Notes under the pieces: model-generated | Databases searched by the model: none | Told to the model about the DNA's origin: nothing | What the model saw: only the letters and a program-made list of their open reading frames with translations | NCBI GenBank assembly: GCA_043732665.1 | Contig: JAYTHK010000220.1 | Coordinates: 8,860-72,859 of the forward strand | DNA: 64,000 nucleotides | Reading direction: 5' to 3' | Source: Cytophagales bacterium | GTDB lineage: Bacteria > Bacteroidota > Bacteroidia > Cytophagales > Cytophagaceae | Shown here: positions 29,056 through 37,940 of the stretch, one piece after another | How positions within the stretch are numbered: position 1 is the first letter of the stretch | How the letters are laid out: each line of letters begins with the position of its first letter | Translations under genes and position numbers: made by a program

Positions 29056-29877
29056 ATGGAGGAAATAGGCATAGCAGAATTAAAAAAGTTGACGGAGCTG
29101 ATAAAGCAGAAATTTGGATATGATTTCAAAGATTATGCAATGTCTTCTTTTAAAAGACGGATAATTAGGGTTTTAGAGTTAAAAAAAATTTCTACAGTAG
29201 AGAGTCTTATTGTGCAAATAGAGAATAACGTTTTTGTAAAAGAAGACTTCCTTCACGAAATAACGGTAAATGTGACCGAACTCTTCAGAGACCCCTCTTT
29301 TTGGAGAGTTATAAAGTCAGTGCTTCCCAATTTATACCTAAATCAGGATAAAATAAAGATTTGGCACGCAGGCTGCTCTTCTGGTGAAGAAGTGTATTCT
29401 ATGCTAATCGTTCTGAAAGAAATGGATTTGATCGATAAAGTAGAGATCATCGCAAGTGATATTGACAAATGTATTTTGGCAAAAGCAAAAGAAGGTAAGA
29501 TTGCTTTAAGGAATATGGAGTTGAATGAGAAGAACTATATTCGTTACAATCCCAGTGGCGATTTAAAGAAATATTTTATCTATGACAAAGACTTTGCATA
29601 CTTCGACAAAGACTTATTGTCGAAGGTTTCTTTTAGAGAAATCAATTTAACAGAAGTAAAGGCATTTACGAAATGCGATCTTATTCTTTGTAGAAACGTA
29701 ATGATTTACTTTAATCAAAATTTACAAAACGAGGTTATTAAATTATACCACGAGATGTTATATACTTATGGCTATTTGGCCATTGGTTCTAAGGAGTCGA
29801 TTATATGGAGTGAATATGCAAATAAATTTTTGGTGGTGAACGGTGAGGAGAAAATTTATAAAAAATTCAAAGAATAA
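29056..29877 (+). CDS. cheR: CheR-type protein-glutamate O-methyltransferase
   Basis: It has an all-alpha CheR_N start (LTELIKQKFGYDFKDYAMSSFKRRI), TELFRDP, and the SAM site IWHAGCSSGEEVYS...ILCRNVMIYF. Confidence 0.9.
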   Translation: MEEIGIAELKKLTELIKQKFGYDFKDYAMSSFKRRIIRVLELKKISTVESLIVQIENNVFVKEDFLHEITVNVTELFRDPSFWRVIKSVLPNLYLNQDKIKIWHAGCSSGEEVYSMLIVLKEMDLIDKVEIIASDIDKCILAKAKEGKIALRNMELNEKNYIRYNPSGDLKKYFIYDKDFAYFDKDLLSKVSFREINLTEVKAFTKCDLILCRNVMIYFNQNLQNEVIKLYHEMLYTYGYLAIGSKESIIWSEYANKFLVVNGEEKIYKKFKE

Positions 29878-29931
29878 TCTTCTGATTATCAATAGTAACA
29901 ACAATGTATATCAGAGATAGAAATAGTCGTA

Positions 29932-30528
29932 ATGAGTGAGGCAGACTTAAATAGACGATACAAAGTAATTGTAATAGGAGGTTCTGCAGGTAGCTTTTCA
30001 GTATTGGCTAATATACTAAGTAAGATACCGAAAGATTTCACCATTCCGATCGTCCTCTGTTGTCACCGTTTAAAACATGTGAGGAGTGGTTTCATAGAGG
30101 CGTTAGAAATAAAAAGTGTAAAAAAAGTAGTAGAACCTGACGATAAGGAAGCTATTAGAAAAGGCAAAGTTTACGTGGCACCTGCAAACTATCATTTAGG
30201 ATTTGAAATTGGAAATAGCTTTGCACTTTCTACGGAGGAGATGGTAAACAATTCCAGACCTGCCATCGACATTACCTTTGAAACGGCAGCGTACGTGTAC
30301 AGAGAAAAAATGGTAGGTATCTTACTTACTGGTGCTAATAAAGATGGAGCACTTGGGATGAGATGTGTGAAGGAAGCAGGAGGACTTACCATAGTGCAGG
30401 AACCTTCGGAGTGCACCATTGATACAATGCCTAAGGCGGCGATGGCTGCTACAAAAATAGATTATGTGATGAAGGTAGAGGAGATTGTGAAATTTCTTAA
30501 TAATATACATAAAACACATTTATCTTAA
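29932..30528 (+). CDS. cheB: CheB-type protein-glutamate methylesterase, catalytic domain only (no receiver domain)
   Basis: 198 aa. It has VIVIGGSAGS (Ser), VLCCHRL (His), ILLTGANKDGALG (Asp) and IVQEPSEC. Confidence 0.88.
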   Translation: MSEADLNRRYKVIVIGGSAGSFSVLANILSKIPKDFTIPIVLCCHRLKHVRSGFIEALEIKSVKKVVEPDDKEAIRKGKVYVAPANYHLGFEIGNSFALSTEEMVNNSRPAIDITFETAAYVYREKMVGILLTGANKDGALGMRCVKEAGGLTIVQEPSECTIDTMPKAAMAATKIDYVMKVEEIVKFLNNIHKTHLS

Positions 30529-30529
30529 T

Positions 30530-31309
30530 ATGAAAAAAAGCATCATCACAATCGGGTTACTCTTAGTTTATTTAGTAACTTTTTTACTCCTGTTTATGAA
30601 ACTTAGAAGTATGTCTACAGTTGCACAGGAAGAACTTTCAGTAAAAAGTATTTATTATATTCTTGGTGCTATGTTTTTCGCAGGCATTGCAGCTTCCTTT
30701 TATTTGCTGACAACTTCAAGTAATAGCAAAAGCACAGTAGCACTTGAAAAGGAATCAGAAGTAGTTTCATTTGAAGAAAACAAAGACGTTTCTACAGAGA
30801 GTGAAATGGAAATTTCTAGAAGAGCAGAACAAGAAATAGAAATTATAAAAGTAGCGTTATCGTCGTTAGTTAATCAAAATGGTTTTTCTCATAAAGAAAA
30901 AATAGACAAAGCGATTTGGAAACTTTGCGATCATTTTGAAATAAGTCAAGCACTTTTATATACTAAGGGAGAAGAAAAAGGAAAGTTTAACTTAATCGCT
31001 TCTTATGCTTTTATTGCTTCTGACAATGATCCCAAATATATTATGTCTGGTGAAGGACTAGCTGGCCAGGCAGTGATAGACGGTAAGCCTTATTTTGTGA
31101 ACGATATTCCACAAGGATATTTGAAAGTCGTTTCTGGACTAGGAGAATCACTCCCAAAAACATTATTAATAATCCCATGCCTACAGGAAGCCAAGGTGCA
31201 AGCTGTATTTGAACTATCTAGTCTTCAAGAATATTCTAAAAATAAATTTGAAGAAATAGTTTTAATTTGTAATTATCTCTCAACTTTAATAACTAAATAT
31301 AAACCATGA
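30530..31309 (+). CDS. Two-TM membrane protein with a cytoplasmic GAF domain
   Basis: It has two N-terminal TM helices, an acidic linker and a GAF-like C-terminal half (QALLYTK...GLAGQAVIDGKPYFVNDI...LLIIPC..VQAVFELSS). It starts 1 nt after the cheB stop. Confidence 0.75.
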   Translation: MKKSIITIGLLLVYLVTFLLLFMKLRSMSTVAQEELSVKSIYYILGAMFFAGIAASFYLLTTSSNSKSTVALEKESEVVSFEENKDVSTESEMEISRRAEQEIEIIKVALSSLVNQNGFSHKEKIDKAIWKLCDHFEISQALLYTKGEEKGKFNLIASYAFIASDNDPKYIMSGEGLAGQAVIDGKPYFVNDIPQGYLKVVSGLGESLPKTLLIIPCLQEAKVQAVFELSSLQEYSKNKFEEIVLICNYLSTLITKYKP

Positions 31310-31830
31310 AAATCATTACTTACCAATTTTATTATAGATTATTTATGCTATTCATATTTATCCTGATCGGATTAAATTTGAATGCACAGGTAAATTATAA
31401 GGTGCACTCTTTGTTTATCTATAAATTCACACAATACATAGAATGGCCGTCGAATCAGGGAGATTTTGTAATAGGTGTGATAGGTAACTCCCCAATACAA
31501 GCAGAATTAGAAGCGATAGCTGCTATCAAAAAAGTAGATACGCGCACGATAGTGGTAAAAAAAATGTCTGCTTCGGCGGACTTAAGTACGTGTCAAATGG
31601 TATTTATTGCGGAAGGGCAAAGTGGCAATCTTGCTTCTATCTCTGCAAAGTTACAAGGTAAACATACACTTATAATAAGCGAGACAAATGGGGGCGCTAA
31701 GAAGGGAGCAGGAATAAATTTTGTGATCGTAGACGATAAAATGAAATTCGAACTCAATAAAGGAACAGTAGAAAAGCAGGGGTTAAAAGTGTCAGGAGAT
31801 CTGACAAAATTAGCAATAGTGGTTGGTTAG
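31306..31830 (+). CDS. YfiR-like periplasmic protein (DUF4154 family)
   Basis: It has a signal peptide ending LNAQ, the family block VHSLFIYKFTQYIEWP, and later VFIAEG...TLIISE..GAGINFV..DKMKFELN. Its ATGA overlaps the upstream gene. Confidence 0.75.
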   Translation: MKIITYQFYYRLFMLFIFILIGLNLNAQVNYKVHSLFIYKFTQYIEWPSNQGDFVIGVIGNSPIQAELEAIAAIKKVDTRTIVVKKMSASADLSTCQMVFIAEGQSGNLASISAKLQGKHTLIISETNGGAKKGAGINFVIVDDKMKFELNKGTVEKQGLKVSGDLTKLAIVVG

Positions 31831-31908
31831 AGGAGTATTCTAATGTTTAACAATTTTACCCAATAATAAATAAGTTTATTTACTAATTAACCCTTTAAAG
31901 TTTAAAAC

Positions 31909-34134
31909 ATGAAGAAAAACATACTAAAATTAATCCTTGGAATAGGAACGTTTTTACTGGTCTCAATCGGAACTGCTTCTGCACAAACAGACAGTTTATC
32001 GGATGATATCAGTTTAGAAGATCTGATGAACGTAAAGATCGTTTCTGTTTCTAAAAAAGCAGAAAATTTATTTGATGCACCTTTGTCTGCGTCAAGCATA
32101 AGCCGCGAAGAAATCAAAAGAGCAGGGGCTAATTCTATCATGGAAGCCTTGAGATTAGTTCCAGGTGTAATGGTAACAGAAAGTACCAATGGAAACTATC
32201 AGGTTAGTTTGAGAGGTTTTGGAAACCTTCCTCCTGGAACTTCTTTAAATTTTGCGACGAACTCCATTACACTTGTAATGATTGACAATAGACCCGTTTA
32301 CAATTATTTCAACGGAGGAACTTTCTGGGAAACACTTCCAGTAGATTTGAACGACGTTGAAAAAATAGAAGTGGTGAGAGGTCCTGCTGCTGCGGTTTAC
32401 GGGCCAAATGCTGCTGCCGGTGTGATTAACATCATCACAAGAAGACCTGATAAAAATGGTTTGTATACCGTTGCGAATGCTCAAATCGGAACGCCAAATC
32501 AGGTTATTACAAATGCTTCTGTGGGCTATAAATTTGACAAATTTGATTTTATCGTTTCTGGAAACCAACAATACAGAACTAGGACAGAGACCGATTACTA
32601 CTCATGGGTAGACGGTAAAAAAGAAAACGTAGACAGTATTAAAACAAGTTTTCCAGCAGCGTTAATGTCGGATACATCACTTAATCCTAATGCTAATAAA
32701 AGGTATCCGCACAAAAGTACTTCTATGAATAAGTATGGCTACAATGCTTTCCTTAATTATAAAGTCTCTCAAAAATCGCTTATAAGTATGGCTTTTGGAG
32801 GAGAAAGTGCTATGGTACAAAAAGCGTTTATTGAAAATTTGGCTTCTCCTTTATCTACCTCTCAGTCTGATTCTAAATATTTAGACATAAAAGGAAAGTT
32901 TAATCACTTTTCTATTCAAGGTTCTTATTTAGGAGGCACTCAAGACGAAGGAGTAGGTCAAATAGGCTATAAGTATAACTTCAATACAGTCGATGCAAAT
33001 GCTGATTATGAATTTATATATAAGAGCTTGTCCATAAAACCCGGGGTTTCCTATAGAAAAGCTACTTACGATGATTCTAAATATGCGCATATCGATACGC
33101 ATCAAGGATTTCTTGGTGGAAAAAAAGCACTAGAAAATTATTCAGGGTCTTTAAGGTCGGAATTAACAGTCGTTAAAATAGTAAAATTAACAGCTGCGGG
33201 AAGACTCGATGGATACAATCATCCTAATAAAGCATACTTGTCTTATCAATTAGGAGCTACTGCTAAATTGAACGAAAAAAATCTTGTTAGATTCGTTGTT
33301 TCCAGAGCATACAAAGGGCCTAATATGTACGATACTTATGCTTCTAATAACATATATGTTGGTACAGCACAAGCAGGTCCATTCACGCCTCCTTTATATG
33401 CGCAGGCTTTGGGAAGTCAAAATCTTAAAATGCAAAGTGTAGATATGCTTGAAGTGGGGTATAGAGTGAAGGCGACTAGTAACTTGTATTTTGACTTGGA
33501 AGTCTTTAATCAAATTTCTCAAAATTTTACTTATTTGGTCAACCAGCCTTACAAAATCGAGGCTAATGGATTTGGTATTCCTACTAAAGTTACCGTAGTT
33601 CAGAAATCAGACAATATAGATATGAAAGCCATTCAAACAGGAGCAACACTTTCTGCTAACTGGGTAATTGGTAAATTTCAGATCAAACCTTTTATAACGT
33701 TCCAACAAACGAATTTGAAAAAGGTACCTGTATACAGAGATGCGGATAGTGTTAGTGCTACTCAAAATGTTCATGTAACGACAGATAAAAAAGATGCGGC
33801 TACTCCTAATTACTATGGTGGTGCATACATCAACTATGCTGCAACTTCAAGATTGAATATTAACGTGACGGGATATTATTATAGTAATTATACATATTCT
33901 AATATATATAATCTGCTGTACAATACTCCTACTAACCCAACTCCAAATCCTGATGCAGGTATAGCTAAAGTAAACGGTAAAGTACTTATCAATGCTAAAG
34001 TTTCTTATAAATTCTTTAACAAATTGGATCTGTTTATAGCGGCTAAAAATATCATGAACAATACAGGTTATGAATTTGCGCATACTGATAAAATTCTACC
34101 AACCTTCTTGGTAGGTGGTAATTTCGAATTCTAA
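31909..34134 (+). CDS. TonB-dependent outer-membrane receptor
   Basis: It has a signal peptide and a plug region (LEDLMNVKIVSVSKKAENLFDAPLSASSISREEIKRAGANSIMEALRLVPGV, IEVVRGPAAAVYGPNAAAGVINIITR). A long beta-barrel ends in GGNFEF. Confidence 0.92.
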   Translation: MKKNILKLILGIGTFLLVSIGTASAQTDSLSDDISLEDLMNVKIVSVSKKAENLFDAPLSASSISREEIKRAGANSIMEALRLVPGVMVTESTNGNYQVSLRGFGNLPPGTSLNFATNSITLVMIDNRPVYNYFNGGTFWETLPVDLNDVEKIEVVRGPAAAVYGPNAAAGVINIITRRPDKNGLYTVANAQIGTPNQVITNASVGYKFDKFDFIVSGNQQYRTRTETDYYSWVDGKKENVDSIKTSFPAALMSDTSLNPNANKRYPHKSTSMNKYGYNAFLNYKVSQKSLISMAFGGESAMVQKAFIENLASPLSTSQSDSKYLDIKGKFNHFSIQGSYLGGTQDEGVGQIGYKYNFNTVDANADYEFIYKSLSIKPGVSYRKATYDDSKYAHIDTHQGFLGGKKALENYSGSLRSELTVVKIVKLTAAGRLDGYNHPNKAYLSYQLGATAKLNEKNLVRFVVSRAYKGPNMYDTYASNNIYVGTAQAGPFTPPLYAQALGSQNLKMQSVDMLEVGYRVKATSNLYFDLEVFNQISQNFTYLVNQPYKIEANGFGIPTKVTVVQKSDNIDMKAIQTGATLSANWVIGKFQIKPFITFQQTNLKKVPVYRDADSVSATQNVHVTTDKKDAATPNYYGGAYINYAATSRLNINVTGYYYSNYTYSNIYNLLYNTPTNPTPNPDAGIAKVNGKVLINAKVSYKFFNKLDLFIAAKNIMNNTGYEFAHTDKILPTFLVGGNFEF

Positions 34135-34150
34135 GATCAATACTAATACA

Positions 34151-34180
34151 AGTACCGAACCTTCCAGCAGGTTCGGTACT
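34151..34180 (+). terminator. Strong 11-bp hairpin between the TonB receptor and the sensor-phosphatase gene. Terminator, attenuator or processing site.
   Basis: AGTACCGAACC-ttccagca-GGTTCGGTACT followed by TTAAAATAAAAAA. There is no clean U-run. It lies 17 nt after the stop and 19 nt before the next ATG. Confidence 0.45.
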
Positions 34181-34198
34181 TTAAAATAAAAAATACCT

Positions 34199-37100
34199 AT
34201 GAAACTGAGATTTGGAATAAGGCAAAAAGTGTATTTAGGATTTTCTATCCTTATCGTATTATTTGTGGCAAATGCCGTTGTAAGTCTTATCACACTTGAG
34301 AAGAATAGAAAACTTATTGCAGAGGTTTCAGAAGTAGTAGACCCTTCGCTCGAATCGCTTGATCAGCTAACGCTAATGGTCAATAAATCAAAGATGCTTT
34401 CTACCAACTGGGTTTTCATGAAGACCAACGAAGAAGATAAAAAAGCACTTAAAAAATTGATGGATAAAGAATATCCTGCCTTAAAGGCGAATATTATAAC
34501 CTTAAAGAAAAGATGGAGAGATGCAGTAGTTTCTAAAGAGATGGATGCTGTACTAAAAGATTTTGACAACCTTATTAAAGCTGAAAAAGAAGTGGTTGAG
34601 CTTCTTCCTAATTTTGAATCCTATGAAGATGGTAGTACTCTTTTTCTCGCACAAGATGGCATAGAATCGCAGGTATTGACGATGTCTGCCGAACTAATGA
34701 AAAGACTTGGGGCTGTTTCTTCAAAAAAGAAACAAGAAAAAGTGGAGTATGAAAAAGACCTTATAGCTTCTTCCGACAATCTTCAATTCAGTGTATTGAT
34801 ATTGGGAGCACTAGTTGTATTTATTGGAATATTTGCTTCCATTTTTATGGCAAATACAATCACGGAGCCGGTAAATAAAATACGTGATATAATGATAAAA
34901 TTGGGCGCTGGAGAGCTTCCTAAAATTGAATTTGAAAAATCAAAAGACGAAATGGGGGAGATGCAAAATGCGATCAGCAATGTGATAGCAGGTCTTGCCC
35001 AAACCACCGAATTTGCAAATAAAATAGGTCAGAAAGAATTAGACGCAGAGTACAAACCACTTAGTAATAAAGACGTTTTAGGGTTATCTCTTATACACAT
35101 GAGAGACAGTCTGAAAGAATCAGACAAAACGGAACGAGAAAGGTCTTGGGTGATGGACGCTTCTTCTGAAGTAAATGATATTCTCCGGAAACACGACAAT
35201 ATCGACTTGCTGAGCGAAGAAGTATTGCAGTATATTATAAAAAGAATAGACGCCATACAAGGCGCTTTTTATGTGGTGACAGAAAGAGATACTACGGATT
35301 ATAGAAATACATTTCTGGAAATGAAATCCAGTTTTGCTTACAATAGAAAAAAATATTTGACTGCTAAGTTTAGAATGGCAGAAGGATTGGTAGGACAAGC
35401 AGCGATTGAACAAAGTACTTTATTAAGAACAGAAATTCCAAGAGAGTACGTTTCGATCACTTCGGGACTTTTGGGAGACAAACGCCCAACGTGCATTCTT
35501 ATCGTGCCACTCGCTATAGACGATGTCGTATACGGTGCAGTGGAGTTTGCAGGGTTTCATAAATTTGAAGAACACGAAATTCGATTTGTCGAAGAAGTTG
35601 GTCCTAGTATTGCCAGAACGATTTATAATATTCAGTCCAATCAGGAAACAAAATTGTTGCTCGAAAAATCTCAGATTATGGGACAAGAGCTTCAGGAGAA
35701 ACAGGAAGAGCTTTTGCAGAATGCAGAAGAAATGAAAGTGACTCAGGAAGAATTGGAGAAATCTAATGTTTTACTCGAAGAACAAATAGGCGAAGTAAGT
35801 CTGGCACAAGATCGGATGGAGCAATTGCTCTACAATGCTTCGGAAGTAATTACCATATACGAGGCCGATGGCACAATACGTTATATAAGTCCTTCGGTAA
35901 AAAATATACTTGGATACGATCCTGAAGAGCTTATAGGACTTAAAGGTAGAACGTTCGTACACGAAGAAGATATTCATAAATCCAGAAATATGTTTAAGGG
36001 TATTTTGGAAAATTCTGAAGCCTCTCAAACTATACAATACCGTTTCCAAAAGAAAAACAATCAGTGGATATGGCTGGAAGCTACAGGGAAAAATTTACTT
36101 AGCGATGCTTCGGTAAAAGGAATTGTAATCAATGCGCGCGACATTACGGTGAAGATGAAAGCAGAGCAAGAAGAGCGCATGAGAAGGAATATGCAAGCGC
36201 TTTCTGAAAACAGCCCCGACCTTATTACACGTATTAGTGTAGAAGGAAAGATTGCGTACACAAATCCCACTATTGAATTGTATACTACTTCTAAAGCCGA
36301 AGATTTTACAGGTAAAATGTTGGGAGATATTACGATAGGTGCAGAAGTTGTAAAATCGTGGAAGTTATTGCTGGAAGAGGTAAAACTGAAGAATGAAAAC
36401 ATCTCAGAGGAAGTTACTTACAAAACGCCAACGGGAGACCGCATTATGCAGGTTAATGCTATTCCAGAGTACAACGATAATGTGTTGGAGTCTGTTTTGA
36501 TGGTAGCACATGATATTACAGAACGAAAAGAAGCAGAATTGCTTATTCAGGATAAAAATAAGAAGATTAACGAGAGTATCAATTATTCTAAACGTATTCA
36601 GAATGCCGTAATTCCCGATAATAAAGCGATTACCAACATATTCAAAGATTCCTTTATTTTCTACCATCCAAAAGATGTGGTAAGCGGAGACTTTCCTTGG
36701 ATGATGGAAAAAGGCGACGAAATTTATGTAGCCGCTGTCGATTGTACAGGCCATGGTGTACCGGGTGCAATGCTTTCTTTGGTAGGAAATTTTTTACTAA
36801 ACGATATTATTCGCAATGGTAATTCTTTGAGTCCAGCTGTCATTTTGGATAAATTTGATGAGATGGTAAATACTACCTTAGCGACGGAAAAGAACGATTC
36901 GCAGATAAAAGACGGAATGGATATCGCTCTTTGTAAAATAAACATTAAAACCCGAAAACTGGAATATGCAGGAGCACATAGGCCGCTTTATCATATCAGC
37001 AAAGGGGAATTACATGAATATAAAGGCGATAAATGGGCGATAGGTGGAGGTGTTTATAAGAACCAGACAAAATTTACTAACTACGAAGTGAATCTAAAAA

Positions 37101-37315
37101 AGGACGACGCCGTATACATCTTCTCTGACGGGTTGCCTGATCAGTTTGGTGGACCAAATGTTAGGAAATTTGGACCGCAACGCATAAAAGAAGTGGTAAT
37201 GAGTCAAAATCAGAATATGGAACTTACCTATAATGCGATGAAAACAGAGTTTCACAACTGGATGGGAGCCCAAAAACAAACCGACGATGTTTTGTTGATC
37301 GGAATAAAATTCTAA
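34199..37315 (+). CDS. MCP-like four-helix-bundle sensor, TM, HAMP, GAF, coiled coil, 2-3 PAS domains and a PP2C/SpoIIE phosphatase (SiaA-like)
   Basis: It has an MCP-type N-terminus MKLRFGIRQKVYLGFSILIVLF, a second TM helix near residue 200 and a HAMP region (ITEPVNKIRDIMIKLGAGELP). The GAF region contains GAFYVV..GLVGQAA. PAS blocks include EVITIYEADGTIRYISPS and LITRISVEGKIAYTNP. PP2C motifs are VSGDFPW, AAVDCTGHGVPGA, IFSDGLPDQFGG and QTDDVLLIGIKF. Confidence 0.88.
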   Translation: MKLRFGIRQKVYLGFSILIVLFVANAVVSLITLEKNRKLIAEVSEVVDPSLESLDQLTLMVNKSKMLSTNWVFMKTNEEDKKALKKLMDKEYPALKANIITLKKRWRDAVVSKEMDAVLKDFDNLIKAEKEVVELLPNFESYEDGSTLFLAQDGIESQVLTMSAELMKRLGAVSSKKKQEKVEYEKDLIASSDNLQFSVLILGALVVFIGIFASIFMANTITEPVNKIRDIMIKLGAGELPKIEFEKSKDEMGEMQNAISNVIAGLAQTTEFANKIGQKELDAEYKPLSNKDVLGLSLIHMRDSLKESDKTERERSWVMDASSEVNDILRKHDNIDLLSEEVLQYIIKRIDAIQGAFYVVTERDTTDYRNTFLEMKSSFAYNRKKYLTAKFRMAEGLVGQAAIEQSTLLRTEIPREYVSITSGLLGDKRPTCILIVPLAIDDVVYGAVEFAGFHKFEEHEIRFVEEVGPSIARTIYNIQSNQETKLLLEKSQIMGQELQEKQEELLQNAEEMKVTQEELEKSNVLLEEQIGEVSLAQDRMEQLLYNASEVITIYEADGTIRYISPSVKNILGYDPEELIGLKGRTFVHEEDIHKSRNMFKGILENSEASQTIQYRFQKKNNQWIWLEATGKNLLSDASVKGIVINARDITVKMKAEQEERMRRNMQALSENSPDLITRISVEGKIAYTNPTIELYTTSKAEDFTGKMLGDITIGAEVVKSWKLLLEEVKLKNENISEEVTYKTPTGDRIMQVNAIPEYNDNVLESVLMVAHDITERKEAELLIQDKNKKINESINYSKRIQNAVIPDNKAITNIFKDSFIFYHPKDVVSGDFPWMMEKGDEIYVAAVDCTGHGVPGAMLSLVGNFLLNDIIRNGNSLSPAVILDKFDEMVNTTLATEKNDSQIKDGMDIALCKINIKTRKLEYAGAHRPLYHISKGELHEYKGDKWAIGGGVYKNQTKFTNYEVNLKKDDAVYIFSDGLPDQFGGPNVRKFGPQRIKEVVMSQNQNMELTYNAMKTEFHNWMGAQKQTDDVLLIGIKF

Positions 37316-37342
37316 ATTTAGAAATAAATTAATAAAACGTAA

Positions 37343-37921
37343 ATGGCCTTAGTTACATATTTATTTAAACAGAAACCTATGAAGTATATCTATGAGATTC
37401 AGAAAATAATGTCATCCAAGAACCTGATGTTAGTTTATGAAGGTGAATTCACGCAGGAAATCACAAAATCGGTATTGTCGATGACAGAAAGAAACCTTGA
37501 ATCTATTGGTGAAGAGTCCGGTATAAAAAGAAAAGTGTTTAATGTGATGGTAGAATGTTTGCAAAATATATGCAAACACGCGGATACTTTTGAAGCCAAT
37601 CAAGAAGAGAAAGGCGCAGTATTTATGATAGGAAGAGAAGAAGGTAGTTATGCTATTACTTCTGGAAATTTTATTCTGAATACTCAAACGGAAGGCTTGA
37701 GAGCAAAATTGTTACATATTAATTCGCTTGATAAAGAAGGATTAAAAGGCTTCTACAAAGAACTTATAAAAAGCAGTGAGATTTCAGACAAAGGAGGAGC
37801 TGGTCTTGGGTTTGTAGATATAGCTAGGAAGTCTGGACAGAAACTAGATTTTGATTTTGAAAAAGTGAACGACGAGTATTCCTTTTTCTCATTTAAAACA
37901 AAAATCAGTAAAGAAGAGTAA
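37343..37921 (+). CDS. SiaB-like small protein kinase (anti-sigma/RsbW-type GHKL fold)
   Basis: 192 aa. It has LMLVYEGEFTQEIT, VMVECLQNICKHAD and the ATP-lid-like GGAGLGFVDIARKSG. It lies immediately upstream of a DUF1987 gene. Met-13 (37379) is an alternative start. Confidence 0.7.
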   Translation: MALVTYLFKQKPMKYIYEIQKIMSSKNLMLVYEGEFTQEITKSVLSMTERNLESIGEESGIKRKVFNVMVECLQNICKHADTFEANQEEKGAVFMIGREEGSYAITSGNFILNTQTEGLRAKLLHINSLDKEGLKGFYKELIKSSEISDKGGAGLGFVDIARKSGQKLDFDFEKVNDEYSFFSFKTKISKEE

Positions 37922-37940
37922 CTTTTAAAATAATATTATT

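Noticed and set aside
29056-31309. A chemotaxis operon
   Set aside because: Only CheR and a receiver-less CheB are present. No ORF in the window has CheA, CheW, CheY or MCP signalling-domain features.
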